A stretch of 64,000 bases of DNA from Candidatus Aminicenantes bacterium (GCA_963719985.1 CAVRDU010000005.1:578817-642816), one strand, 5' to 3'; counted from the stretch's first letter, positions 52,826 to 63,024 are shown. Translations and numbers: made by a program. The notes: generated by a model from the letters alone, not told the origin.

Positions 52826-54691
52826 CTACGAGACGATGATGATGGCCTCGCCGGCGACCGCGTCGAACTTGCAAACCTCGTAGCAGGAGCGGCACTTGAT
52901 GCACTTGCTCTGGTCGAGGTTGTGCGGCTGCGAGCGGGGGCCGGAGATGGCCTTGGTCGGGCAGACCTTGACGCACATCTGACAGCCCGTGCAGCGGTCG
53001 GGGATGATCCGGAAGGTGACCAGCTCGCGGCAGACGGTGGCCGGACACCTCTTGTCGACGACGTGGGCGATGAACTCCGACCGGAAATACCGGAGCGCCG
53101 TCAGCACCGGGATGGGGGCGGTCTGGCCAAGCCCGCAGAGCGAGCTCGCCCGGACGATCTCGCCGAGCCGCTCCAGCTTGTCCAGGTCCGCTTCCGTCCC
53201 CCCGCCCGTGGCGATCTTGTCGAGCAGGCCCACCATGTGGCGCGTGCCGACGCGGCAGGCCACGCACTTGCCGCACGATTCGCCCTGGACGAAGGACAGG
53301 AAGGTCCGGGCGGCGTCCACCATGCAGGTCTCCTCGTCCATGACCATGATGCCGCTCGAACCCATGATGCCCCCCGCTTCCGTGAGCGAGTCGAAGTCTA
53401 GCGGGGTCTCGATCTTTCCTCCCGGCAGGAACCCTCCCGACGGACCACCGATCTGGACGGCCTTGAGGCCCTTCTTGTCGGGGATGCCGCCGCCGATCTC
53501 GTAGATCAGCTTGGAGAGGGGGGTCCCCATGGGGACCTCGGCGACGCCGGAGTTGGAGACCTTGCCGGTGAGCGAGACGACCACGGTCCCCGGGCTTTTC
53601 TCCGTGCCGACGGAGGCGAACCAGGCCCCTCCCCGCGAGACGATCGGCGGGACAGAGGCCAGGGTCTTGATGTTGTCGACGACCGTCGGCTTCCCCCAGA
53701 GGCCGCTCGTCGCGGGAAAGGGCGGCCTGCTTCGGGGCATGCTCCGCGCGCCTTCGAGGGAGCTCAGGAGGGCCGTTTCCTCTCCGGACACGAACGTCCC
53801 CCCGCCCTGGAAGATCTCGACATCGAAGGCGAAACCCGTGCCCATGACCCGGGCCCCGAGATAGCCCTTCCCGTAGGCCTGATCGAGGGCCGCCTGGGCG
53901 CGCCGTGGCGGCCAGGGAGTACTCCGCGCGGCAATAGATGAAGCCCCGTTGGACGCGCCGACCGCGTAGCCGAGAAGGGCCAGCCCCTCGATGACCGAGT
54001 GCGGGTCCGCCTCGAGCAGGCTCCGGTCCATGAACGCGCCCGGCGAGCTCTCGTTGGCATTGCAGATGACGTATTTCTCGTCGCCGGGCTGACGGCGGCA
54101 GAGGTCCCACTTGACCCAGGTCGGGAACCCCGCCCCGCCGCGGCCACGCAGGCCCGCGCGCTTGACTTCGTCGACGACCCGCTCCGGCGTCATGGACGTC
54201 ACGGCCTTCTTCAGGCCGCCATACCCTCCCCGCTCCTCGGCGTCCTCGATCCGCTCGGGATTGACGAAGCCGCAGTTGCGCAGGATCAGCCGATACTGGT
54301 TCTTGTAAAAAACGATATCCTCGTAGCGGGGCACGGCCTCCTTGGTCACCGGGTGGCGGTAGAACAGGCGCTTGACCGGCTCCCCGCCGGGCCGGAGGGA
54401 CGCGGCGATGTCTTCCGCGTCGCCGGGCTTCACCTGGCAGTAGAAGATCCCCTCCGGCTCGACGACCACGATCGGCCCCTTCTGGCAGAAGCCGTGGCAG
54501 CCCGTGAAGCCGACCTTCACCCTGTCTGCGAGGTTCAGCCGGCCCACGGCGGCCTCGAGGCCGGCGCGGATCTCGGCCGACTTAGAGGAGGCGCAAGCCG
54601 TGCTTTCGCAGACAAGGATCCTCGTCGTCGCGGCGGCCGCCTTCGGCCGCGCCGCGGACTGCCCGGAGGCCTTCGGTCGACGGGCGCTCAT
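52826..54691 (-). CDS. NuoF-like NADH-binding flavoprotein subunit (HndC/HydB type: N-terminal 2Fe-2S thioredoxin-like domain, FMN/NADH domain, C-terminal 2x[4Fe-4S])
   Basis: Motifs GRGGAGFPT, GEETALLSSLEG, ESCGKC plus a C-terminal CxxCxxCxxxCP ferredoxin pair. The start MSARRPK overlaps the nuoE-like stop. A compensating frameshift pair lies near 53890 to 53920 (GFIYCRAEYSLAA in an alternate frame). Confidence 0.8.
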   Translation of the reverse strand: MSARRPKASGQSAARPKAAAATTRILVCESTACASSKSAEIRAGLEAAVGRLNLADRVKVGFTGCHGFCQKGPIVVVEPEGIFYCQVKPGDAEDIAASLRPGGEPVKRLFYRHPVTKEAVPRYEDIVFYKNQYRLILRNCGFVNPERIEDAEERGGYGGLKKAVTSMTPERVVDEVKRAGLRGRGGAGFPTWVKWDLCRRQPGDEKYVICNANESSPGAFMDRSLLEADPHSVIEGLALLGYAVGASNGASSIAARSTPWPPRRAQAALDQAYGKGYLGARVMGTGFAFDVEIFQGGGTFVSGEETALLSSLEGARSMPRSRPPFPATSGLWGKPTVVDNIKTLASVPPIVSRGGAWFASVGTEKSPGTVVVSLTGKVSNSGVAEVPMGTPLSKLIYEIGGGIPDKKGLKAVQIGGPSGGFLPGGKIETPLDFDSLTEAGGIMGSSGIMVMDEETCMVDAARTFLSFVQGESCGKCVACRVGTRHMVGLLDKIATGGGTEADLDKLERLGEIVRASSLCGLGQTAPIPVLTALRYFRSEFIAHVVDKRCPATVCRELVTFRIIPDRCTGCQMCVKVCPTKAISGPRSQPHNLDQSKCIKCRSCYEVCKFDAVAGEAIIIVS

Positions 54692-55158
54692 GAGGGCTTC
54701 TCCGGGGTGTCGAGGGATTCGACGAGCCGCATGAAGGTGACCCTGTTCATCCTCCCATGGACCTCGTTGTCGACGACGACGACGGGGGCGTTGGCGCAAC
54801 AGCCCAGGCATCCGACGGCTTCGAGACTGAGCTCGCGGTCCGGAGTCGTCTGGCCGTGGACGAGGTTCCTCTCGATCTTCATGGCTTCCATGAAGTTCGG
54901 CGCTCCGCCGACGTGGCAGGCGTTGCCCAGGCAGACCTGGATGTGGTGCCGCCCGGGCGGCGCGAAGCGGAACTGGGGGTAGAACGAGGCCACTCCGTAT
55001 ATCTCGTTCTCGGAGACGCGGAGCTCGCGGGAGATGCGCCGGACGGTCTCCCGCGAGAGATATCCTTCGGTCTCCTGGGTCCTTTTCAACAGGGGGAGGA
55101 GGCTTTTCCGCCGCTCCCGGGACCTCTGTCGAACGGTCTCGGGCAAGCTCACCGCCAT
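54688..55158 (-). CDS. NuoE-like [2Fe-2S] subunit (HndA/HydC type)
   Basis: 156 aa. The four-Cys thioredoxin-like motif spans CLGNACHVGG … CLGCCANAP. Confidence 0.85.
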   Translation of the reverse strand: MAVSLPETVRQRSRERRKSLLPLLKRTQETEGYLSRETVRRISRELRVSENEIYGVASFYPQFRFAPPGRHHIQVCLGNACHVGGAPNFMEAMKIERNLVHGQTTPDRELSLEAVGCLGCCANAPVVVVDNEVHGRMNRVTFMRLVESLDTPEKPS

Positions 55159-55182
55159 GTCGTCTCCTCTCAGGGGCCGGCC

Positions 55183-56502
55183 TCAGCGCGCGCGCCGATC
55201 GTGCTCCGGCCTCCTTCTGATATAGATGTCCCTCAGGGCGTCGATCCGGTCCTTGGAGAGGAACACGCACTCCCCGATCTGGTCCCGGCCGGCGGCGGCG
55301 TCCTCCGCGTGGCTCTTGCAGGTCGGGGCCCCGCACAGGCCGCAGTTCAGGAGCGGCAGGGCCCTCAGGAGCTCGGCCGCCCGCTTCTTCCGCTCGACCC
55401 GCTCCCGCAAGCCGACGCCCTTGCCCTCGGTGTTCCTGGGCCGGAGCGGGGCCCGCAGCGCGAACTCCTCCTGCGCGAACCGCCGGTCGACCTCGCTCAG
55501 GAACGCGGGCCTGGGCTCCGACCGGGCGGCGACCAGGCGGAGGTACTTGCTGCGGGCCACATAGATGTTCTCCACGGTCAGGTTGCCGCCGATGCAGGCG
55601 CCCTGACAGGCATGGCACTCCAGGAACTCGACGTTCCGGATCTTGCCCTTCTCGACGTCGTTGAGGACCTTGATGATGTCCGAGAGGCCCTGGAGCGGCA
55701 GGTAGTGCTCGCGCGACAGGCTGGGGAACTCACCCTCGGGCGAGCCGGAGAAATACCACCCGGCCGTCCCGCCCTCGGGCCTCGCGCCGTCGGCGTTCGG
55801 CGGGCCCTTGCGCATGATGGCCAGCAGATCGTTGTAGATCTGCGAGATGCCGACGGCGCCGTCGAGGTGGCTGCCCGCGCCCTCCGCGGGGTGGAGGATG
55901 GAGATCGTCTTGGCCTGGCAGGGCGCGATGTAGATGGCCGCGACCTCCTCCGGCTCGACGCCGACCGCCCGGGAATAGTGGCGCTTGAGCTCCCGGCCGG
56001 CGACCTCCCGGGGGGCCTCGATCCGGATGAGCTGGTCGACCATCGTGGGGTAGACGACCTGCACCAGGCGGACGACGACGGGACAGGAGTTGGAGATCAA
56101 GGGGAAGGGCCCGGACCACTTCTGCACGTAGTCGCGGATGGCCCGGTCGATCAGCTCGATGTCGACGGCGTATTCCCAGACCGCGTCGAAGCCGAGCGCC
56201 AGGAGGGCCTGGCCGACCTGGGCGGGGGTGTCCTTCAGGCCGAACTGGGTGAAGAGGGCGGGCGAGGCCACCGCCACCTTGAACTTGAAGCGGTCGAGCT
56301 CGTCGAAGGTGATGGTCGTCGCCGCGATGGCCCCCGGGGCGCACACGCCGAGGCAGGAGCCGCAGTCGATGCAGAGCTCCGGTATGACCGTCGCCCGGCC
56401 CTTCTTGACCCGGACGGCGTGCGTCGGGCAGGCCCGCATGCAGGCCATGCACCCGGTGCACTTCTCCGGGACGATCCGGAAGCCGTGCGTCAGCTCAGTC
56501 AT
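55183..56502 (-). CDS. [FeFe]-hydrogenase-like protein with degenerate H-cluster motifs (HydS-type putative sensory hydrogenase, no PAS domain)
   Basis: N-terminal 2x[4Fe-4S] domain. Motif L1 reads SNSCP instead of TSCCP; L2 reads APCQAK; L3 reads ECHACQGACIGG. A C-terminal extra 4-Cys motif (NCGLCGAPTC…GEC) is present. Confidence 0.7.
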   Translation of the reverse strand: MTELTHGFRIVPEKCTGCMACMRACPTHAVRVKKGRATVIPELCIDCGSCLGVCAPGAIAATTITFDELDRFKFKVAVASPALFTQFGLKDTPAQVGQALLALGFDAVWEYAVDIELIDRAIRDYVQKWSGPFPLISNSCPVVVRLVQVVYPTMVDQLIRIEAPREVAGRELKRHYSRAVGVEPEEVAAIYIAPCQAKTISILHPAEGAGSHLDGAVGISQIYNDLLAIMRKGPPNADGARPEGGTAGWYFSGSPEGEFPSLSREHYLPLQGLSDIIKVLNDVEKGKIRNVEFLECHACQGACIGGNLTVENIYVARSKYLRLVAARSEPRPAFLSEVDRRFAQEEFALRAPLRPRNTEGKGVGLRERVERKKRAAELLRALPLLNCGLCGAPTCKSHAEDAAAGRDQIGECVFLSKDRIDALRDIYIRRRPEHDRRAR

Positions 56503-56932
56503 GGGCGTCCAGCCTGATCTTGGCGAAGACCGCGGTCCCCTTCCCGACCTCGGTCTCGACCCTGAGGTCGTCGGAGTTCTTCCGCATGTTCGGCAGGCCC
56601 ATGCCGAAGCCGAAGCCGAGCTCGCGCATCTCGTCCGAGGCCGTCGAGTAGCCCTCCTGGAACGCGAGCTCGAGGTCCGGGATCCCCGGCCCCTCGTCCC
56701 GGACCTCCAGGTTGACCTCGTCCTCCGACAGGATGAAGGTCAGCGTCCCCTGCCGGGCGTACATGACCACGTTCATCTCGGCCTCGAAGGCGACGACCAC
56801 GATCCGTCTCAGCGAGGACGCCTCGATGCCGAGGTCCCGGAGAGTCGTCTTGATCTCCCCCGAGACCTCGCCGGCGGTGTCGAAGTTCCCGCCCTGGATC
56901 GCGTAGCTCTCCCGCATCAGCTCGGCCGCCAT
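56495..56932 (-). CDS. Histidine-kinase-like ATPase (anti-sigma regulatory factor / serine kinase fold)
   Basis: The start MAAELMRE is in frame inside the over-extended track ORF. GHKL-like motifs (NVVMYARQG, RDEGPGIPD, GFGFGMGLP). Confidence 0.7.
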   Translation of the reverse strand: MAAELMRESYAIQGGNFDTAGEVSGEIKTTLRDLGIEASSLRRIVVVAFEAEMNVVMYARQGTLTFILSEDEVNLEVRDEGPGIPDLELAFQEGYSTASDEMRELGFGFGMGLPNMRKNSDDLRVETEVGKGTAVFAKIRLDAHD

Positions 56933-57276
56933 CAGGACACGCCCTTCAATCCCTTGTTGTAGAGGACCGCGCAGATGTCGAACATGACCATGCGGGTCGC
57001 CAGGACGGGGATCCCCTTCTTCTTGGCGAACTCGACGACCCGAGCGTCGGGGCGCTTGCCGCGGCAGAAGACGATCGCGCTGACGCCGGCGATGTCGGCC
57101 GTCCGGACGGCCTGGATGTTCGTCAGGCCGGTGATCATCAGCTCCCGGGACCTGGCGAAGGCCAGGATCTCGCTCATGCCGTCGGAGGCCACGACGAACT
57201 GGACGTCCAAGCCGAGGTCGTCGCCCTCCGTGAGGACCTCGCACTGAAGGATGTCCCGGATCTCGTCCAGCGTCAT
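56932..57276 (-). CDS. DRTGG domain protein
   Basis: 114 aa (MTLDEIRDILQCEVLTEGDDL…MITGLTNIQAVRTA…). Start and stop are overlapped by the neighbouring genes. Confidence 0.7.
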   Translation of the reverse strand: MTLDEIRDILQCEVLTEGDDLGLDVQFVVASDGMSEILAFARSRELMITGLTNIQAVRTADIAGVSAIVFCRGKRPDARVVEFAKKKGIPVLATRMVMFDICAVLYNKGLKGVS

Positions 57277-57277
57277 G

Positions 57278-58703
57278 TCATTCCTGGCCCGTCAGATACT
57301 TGTGGATGGAGGCGGCGGCGATCCGGCCGTCCCCCATCGCGCTGATGACGGTGGCCGCCCCTCGGACGACGTCCCCGCCGGCCCAGACCCGGGCCCTGGA
57401 CGTCAGGGCGGTCGGCGGGATCGGTCGCGAGCCCGCCCTTCTTGCTGAGCTCCAGCCCCTGCGTCGTCATCGGGATGAGGGGATTGGGGCTGTTGCCGAT
57501 GGCGATGACCACGGCGTCGGCGGGCATGAGGAACTTCGAGCCCTTGACGGGGACCGGCCGGCGGCGGCCCGAGTCGTCCGGCTCGCCGAGCTCCATCTCG
57601 CAGGCACTCCATCTCCTTGAGCCAGCCGTGCTCGTCGCCGATGAGCCGGACGGGCAGCGTGAGGAGGTCGAAGATGACCCCCTCCTCCTCGGCGTTCTCG
57701 ACCTCCTCGAGGCGGGCGGGCAGCTCCGTCCGGCCGCGGCGGTAGACGAGGTGGACCTCGTCGGCGCCGAGGCGCAGGGCCGTGCGGGCGGAGTCCATGG
57801 CCACGTTGCCGCCGCCGACGACGGCCACGCGGGCGGGCTGCTTGACCGGCGTGTCGTACTCGGGGAACCGGTAGCCCTTCATCAGGTTGCACCCGGGTGA
57901 GGTACTCGTTGGCCGAGTAGACGCCGTTGAGGTTCTCGCCCGGGATCTCCATGAACCAGGGCAGCCCGGCGCCCGCGCCGACGAAGACGGCGTCGAACTC
58001 CTCGAGGAGCTCGTCGACCGTCCGGGTCTTGCCGACGATGTAAGTCCATCTCGATCCTGACCCCCAGCGCTCTGCACGTAGTCCACCTCGCGGCTGACGA
58101 TGCTCTTGGGCAGCCGGAACTCGGGGATGCCGTAGATCAGGACGCCCCCCGCACTCGTGCAGGGCCTCGAAGATCGTCACGTCGTGGCCGAGGATGAGCG
58201 AGGTCGTTGGCCACGGTGACGCCGGCCGGCCCCGCGCCGACGATGGCCACCTTCTTGCCCGTCTTCGGGGCCAGCTTCGGGATCTCGATCTTGCCCCGTT
58301 CGGCCTCCCAGTCGGCCAGGAAGCGCTCCAGCCGGCCGATGGCGACGGGCTCGCCCTTCTTGCCCAGGACGCACATCTTCTCGCACTGCTCCTCCTGGGG
58401 GCAGACGCGGCCGCAGATCGCCGGCAGGGCGTTGGTCTCCTTGATCTTCCGGATCCCCGGCGGCGAAGTCGCCCTCGACGATGCACTGGATGAAGCCGGG
58501 GATGTCGATGCCGACGGGACAGCCCTTGTTGCACAGCGCGGCTTCTTGCAGTCCAGGCAGCGCGAGGCCTCCTCCCGCGCCGTCGCGACGGGATAGCCGA
58601 GGGCGACCTCGTCGAAGTTCTTGACCCGCTCGTAGGGGTCCTGCTTCGGCATGGGCCGCCGCAGGAGGTCCAGCTTCTTCTTGGTCGTCTGTTCGTCAGC
58701 CAC
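57278..58703 (-). CDS. GltD/SfrB/NfnB-like NAD(P)H-dependent FAD/FeS oxidoreductase (glutamate synthase small-subunit family), at least 4 frameshifts
   Basis: GTG start after GGAG (…TTKKKLDLLRRPMPKQDPYERVKNFDEVALGY). Fragments in three frames include CLDCKKPRC, EEQCEKMCVLGKKGEPVAIGRLERF, KKVAIVGAGPAG, RVAVVGGGNVAMDSAR and the C-terminal …AMGDGRIAAASIHKYLTGQE. Confidence 0.6.
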
Positions 58704-58740
58704 TTTTCGCTCCCTTCTCCCGCGAGGCGCGCGCCCCGGC

Positions 58741-59578
58741 TCAGAAGTGCGAGGCGCAGCTGCTCCGGCGCAGCGGATCGACCTCTTCGGGATTGTAGCT
58801 CTTGCGCCGGGCCAGGAACTCTCCCAGTCGATCTCGTGCCCGTCGAAGTCGGGCCCGTCGACGCAGGCGAACTTCATCTTCCCGCCGACGGACAGCCGGC
58901 AGACGCCGCACATCCCCGTCCCGTCGATCATGATCGGGTTCATGTTGACGATGGTCTTCCAGCCCAGCGGCCGGGTCAGCTCCGACGTCCGCATCATCAG
59001 GAACGTGCAGCCGTTGACGATGATCAGGTCGGGGGCGATCCCGGCCGCCGCCAGCATGTCCGGCATGTCGCCGATGTGCCCCTTCTGGCCCTTCGTCCCG
59101 TCCCGCGTGGCGACGAACAGCCCGTTCGGACGTCGCGGCCAGCTTGTCCTCCCAGTAGAGCAGAAAGGCTCCGCGGGCCTCGAGGAACGTATAGACCGTG
59201 TTGCCGGCCTCCTTGAGGGCCCGGGCGACGGGGTAGATGCGAGCCGATGCCGTAGCACCCGCCGACGCACAGGACCGTCCCGAAGCTCTCGATCTCGGCG
59301 TGCTCTTGCCGAGCGGCCCGGCGTAGGTCGGAATGGTCTGGCCGGGCTTCAGGCGGGCCAGCTTGGCGGTCGAGGCGCCGACCTGCATGAAGATCGACGT
59401 CACCGTCCCGCTCTCCCTGTCCCAGTCCGCGACCGAGAGGGGGATCCGCTCGCCCTGGTCGTCGGGGCGGACGATGACGAACTGGCCCGGCTTGACGGAC
59501 CGGGCCACGGCCGGCGCCTCGAACGGTGAGCTCGTGGAGGTTCGGGACGATCATGCGCCGCTCGATCACCTCATACAT
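58741..59578 (-). CDS. NfnA/SudB/PyrK-like FAD-binding electron-transfer subunit with C-terminal [2Fe-2S], at least 3 frameshifts
   Basis: MYEVIERRMIVPNLHELTV start. Fragments include VKPGQFVIVRPDDQGERIPLSVAD, YPVARALKEAGNTVYTFLEARG, TGMCGVCRLSVGGKMKFACVDGPDFDGHEIDW. Confidence 0.55.
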
Positions 59579-59613
59579 TCCAGCCTCCCTCCAGCGCCCG
59601 AAGGGGCCCGCGC

Positions 59614-62098
59614 TCAAGCTCCATGACGCGCCACCTTGACGCGGGCCGGGTTCTCCCCGAGGCGGACGAGCGGCCGCAGCCCGCTCCGGCCTTCGAGACC
59701 TCCCCAGACGACCGGCCGCGCGAGGTACACGACTCCCCGGGGGCACTCCTCGTCCGCCCTGACGGCGCCGACGCCGCCCGGCCGGCCGCCGTCGGGCGAC
59801 AGGGCCGCCAGGTCGCCGGCGCGGAGGCCCAGGGCTTCGAGGTCCTGGGGGTTCATCCTCAGTCCTTCTTCGAGGGCCAGCTCTTTGAGCCCCCCGACCT
59901 TGGACGAAAGGTCGACGCCCCGATGACGGTAGCCGGAGGGGGCCGCGACCAGCAGGAACTCCCCCTCACCGGCGGTCGCGGGCTCCGACCTCGATCCCGC
60001 GGCGGCGCCGTCCGCCGAAAGCCGGCGCGGCCTCCGGTTGATCCCGGCCGGGAATCCGGGGACCGACCGGCGGATGTCCTTGAAGACGTCCCGGGGCGAC
60101 TTGTAGTTCATCAGGTGACAACCCATGGCGTTGGCGAGGTCGGAGAAGATCCTCCAATCCGGCCGCATGAACCCGTTCTGGGGGCTCTCCGGCTGGTCCT
60201 CGATCCTGACGACCTCCTGGACGCGGCCCTCGAGATTGACGAGGGTCCCGCCGGCCTCCGCGAAGGACGCGGCCGGGAGGAAGACGTCGACCGGGAACGG
60301 CGGAAGGTAGGTGTCCTGGACGATCAGGAGATCGCAGTCGGGCCTTTCCGGGAACGGGACGTCCCCGACGAGATAGAGGACCTTGGGCCGCGGCGAGGCG
60401 GCGAGGAGGCCGTCGAGCCCGGCCGGGACCTTGTCCTGATAGAGCCCCAGCTCGAGGGCCCCGCGAGCGTTGGCCCCGAAATAGAGAGGGATGACATTCG
60501 TGTTCTTGCGCTTCGCGAGCGTCCTCAGGCCTTCGACGAGCGCGTCGGTCGCTCCGTAGTGGAACGCTTGGGGCCCGACGATGACGGCCAGGCGGTCGCT
60601 GGAAGCGAGGACCTTCGCGGCCCTGTCGAGGGAGGACGCGTCGACGCGGGCGTCCTTGGCCGCGGCCGCGAGAGAGGTCTTCCCGTCCTTCCCGGCCGAC
60701 GCCAGCGCTCTCAGGAGCGACCCCTCCCGGCCGGGAAGGGGGCGCAGCCAGTCGTCGGTGTAGCGGGCCAGGTTGCTGTCCCTGGGATCGATGGTGACCA
60801 GCCGCGCGCCGGCGTTGATGGCCTGCCTGACCTTCGTCCCGACCACGGAGAAGTCGAAGCGGCTGTCGAGCCCGACGGCCAGGATCGTGTCGGCCCGGAG
60901 GATGTCCTTGATGGAGACCGGCAGGGAGAACAGCCACGTCCAGAGGCCCGGGCCCCCGGGAAGCTCCAGCCGGGCCGTGGAGTCGACGTTCTCCGAGCCC
61001 AGGCAATCGCGGACGAACTTCCGGGCGGCGAACAGGCTCTCGTTGGTGAGGTCGGGCGAGACGAGCATGGTCATGCCGCCGGGACCGGCCGCTTGGAGCT
61101 CGCCGGCCACTTTGGTCAGGGCCTCCTCCCAGGCCACCTCCCGGAAGAACTCGCCTTTCTTGAGCATGGGCTTCCGCGCCCGGCTGAAATGGTGCGTCGT
61201 CTCGGGAAGGCCGAAGCGGCCCTTGACGCAGAGCTGCCCGTCGTTGACCTCCGGGTCCAGGTGGGCCTTGACCCGGGTCAGTCGGCCGTTCTTGTGGTGG
61301 ACCTCGATCTGGCAGCCGACGGCGCAGATCGGGCAGGTCGAGACGTGGACCCCGTCCGACTTCCCCTCCCACTTCGAGGCCTTGTCCGAGAGGGCGCCCG
61401 TCGGGCAGACGTCGACGCAGGCGCCGCAGAACTCGCAGCCCGCTTCGATGTGGCTCCGGCCGAAGGCCGGCCCGATCTTCGTCTTGGAGCCGCGCTGGGT
61501 GAAGGCCAGGACCGCGGTGCCGCGGACCTCCTGGCACATCCGGACGCACCGGCCGCAGAGGATGCAGATGTTGTAGTCCCGGTCGTAGAAGGGGTCGTCG
61601 TGCTCCGGCTCGAAGCCGTGATACAGGATGGGGTAGTCGAAGTCCGCCGAGGCCGACGCGGTCGATGACGTCCTGCAGCTCGCACTGGCCGTCGTTGGGG
61701 CAGAAGCGGCAGCCCGTCGTCACGCCCGTCTTCCGGATGGTCCCCTGGTAGGTTCGGCAGGCCTCGCTCTCGTCGCAGATGAGGCAGCTCGAGGGGTGCT
61801 CGCTCAAAATGAGCTTGAGCATCTCCTGGCGGAACGCCCTGAGCGCGTCCGTCTCCGTCCGGACCTTCATCCCCTCCTCGGCGGCCGTGGTGCAGGACAG
61901 GGGATAGCCGCGCAGCCCCTCGATCTCCACCATGCACAGCCGGCAGCCGCCGAACGGCGACAGGTCCTTGTGGGAGCACAGGGAGGGGATGGAGACGCCG
62001 TTGATCTCGGCCGCGCGGAGGACGGTCACGCCTTCGGGGAAGGGGACGGTCCGCCCGTCGATCTCCATGGTGAAAGTGCGAGGTTCGCGGAGAGCCAT
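59614..62098 (-). CDS. NuoG/SfrA-like subunit: N-terminal 2Fe-2S and 4Fe-4S domains plus molybdopterin-oxidoreductase (MopB) domain with Glu at the formate-dehydrogenase Cys/Sec position; one frameshift (~61655)
   Basis: MEIDGRTVPFPEGVTVLRAAEINGVSIPSLCSH… (2Fe-2S), CVRMCQEV…CEFCGACVDVCPTGAL, and the MopB Fe-S motif CPICAVGCQIEVHH…VNDGQLCVKGRFG. The aligned VDNCARxU/CH block reads VDSTARLELPGG. Confidence 0.7.
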
Positions 62099-62141
62099 GG
62101 TTCACCCTCGTCGGTTGGGATGCGGGGTCACGGGCGCGATC

Positions 62142-62468
62142 CTATCGGACCCCGAGCTCGTAGAGGCTTTTGGCCAGCGTCCAGGTGTCCTTGTCGTACC
62201 CGAGAAGCCGGATCTTGGCCCGGTTGGCCAGGGCGACGACGTCTTCGGGAGGGACCTTGCCCCGGGCGTAGACGACGGCGGAGACATCGACCAGGTTGGC
62301 CGCGGCGATCAGGTTCTTGTGGGTCTGCAGGGTGACGAGGAGGTTCCCTTCCTTGATCCCGATGATGTCGCTGACCATGTCGGAGATGTAGACGCCCCGG
62401 ATCTCCTTGTCGCTCTGCTCGTTGAATGTCTTGAGGCCCAGCCGTTGGACGAGTTCGGAAGTGTTCAT
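62142..62468 (-). CDS. DRTGG domain protein (second copy)
   Basis: 108 aa (MNTSELVQRLGLKTF…LLVTLQTHKNLIAAANLVDVSAVVYARGK). Confidence 0.7.
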   Translation of the reverse strand: MNTSELVQRLGLKTFNEQSDKEIRGVYISDMVSDIIGIKEGNLLVTLQTHKNLIAAANLVDVSAVVYARGKVPPEDVVALANRAKIRLLGYDKDTWTLAKSLYELGVR

Positions 62469-62496
62469 GTGGATCCTATCCCTTCATTGTTTATTA

Positions 62497-63024
62497 TTAA
62501 TAGAGCTCCGTCAGGCCGACGTCCGCGAGGACGATGCCCTGGCACGAATCCACTGACCGCCGGAGCCGGCAGGGGACGACCTTGATCCGCCGCGGCTCCC
62601 GCGGCCCTCCCTGATAGTATTCGTTGAGGGCCCGGATGCCCGCCTCCGGGACGCATGTCTGGGACGCGTGCGAGGTGTCCGCGCACAGGGCGACATAGAC
62701 CCACGCCCTCTCCCCCTGTTCGAGCTCGGCGGCCTTGGAGACGCCGCACTCCGGGTCGCAGCGAACGCAGAGCATCAGGGCCATGAGCTCCTTCAGCGGC
62801 ACGACCTGGCCGCACGCGTCGCACCGGAGGTCGAACTTGGTGGCCTGGGCGCTGCCGAGGTAGTTCCAGAAATGGTCCCCCTCGTGGTAGGACTCGATGG
62901 GCGGGACAGGCTCTCCCGAGAAAAAGGAGATCCGGTTCAGGCAGTGATAGCACCCCTCGGTGACCAGGTATCCGTCGCGGATATCGGCCATCGCCCACTT
63001 ATGACGGCAGACGGACTCGTTCAT
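62497..63024 (-). CDS. Hypothetical Cys-rich (multiple CxxC) protein at head of redox operon
   Basis: 175 aa with motifs C6, CYHC, CDAC, CVRCDPEC, C…C. No family recognised. Confidence 0.45.
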   Translation of the reverse strand: MNESVCRHKWAMADIRDGYLVTEGCYHCLNRISFFSGEPVPPIESYHEGDHFWNYLGSAQATKFDLRCDACGQVVPLKELMALMLCVRCDPECGVSKAAELEQGERAWVYVALCADTSHASQTCVPEAGIRALNEYYQGGPREPRRIKVVPCRLRRSVDSCQGIVLADVGLTELY

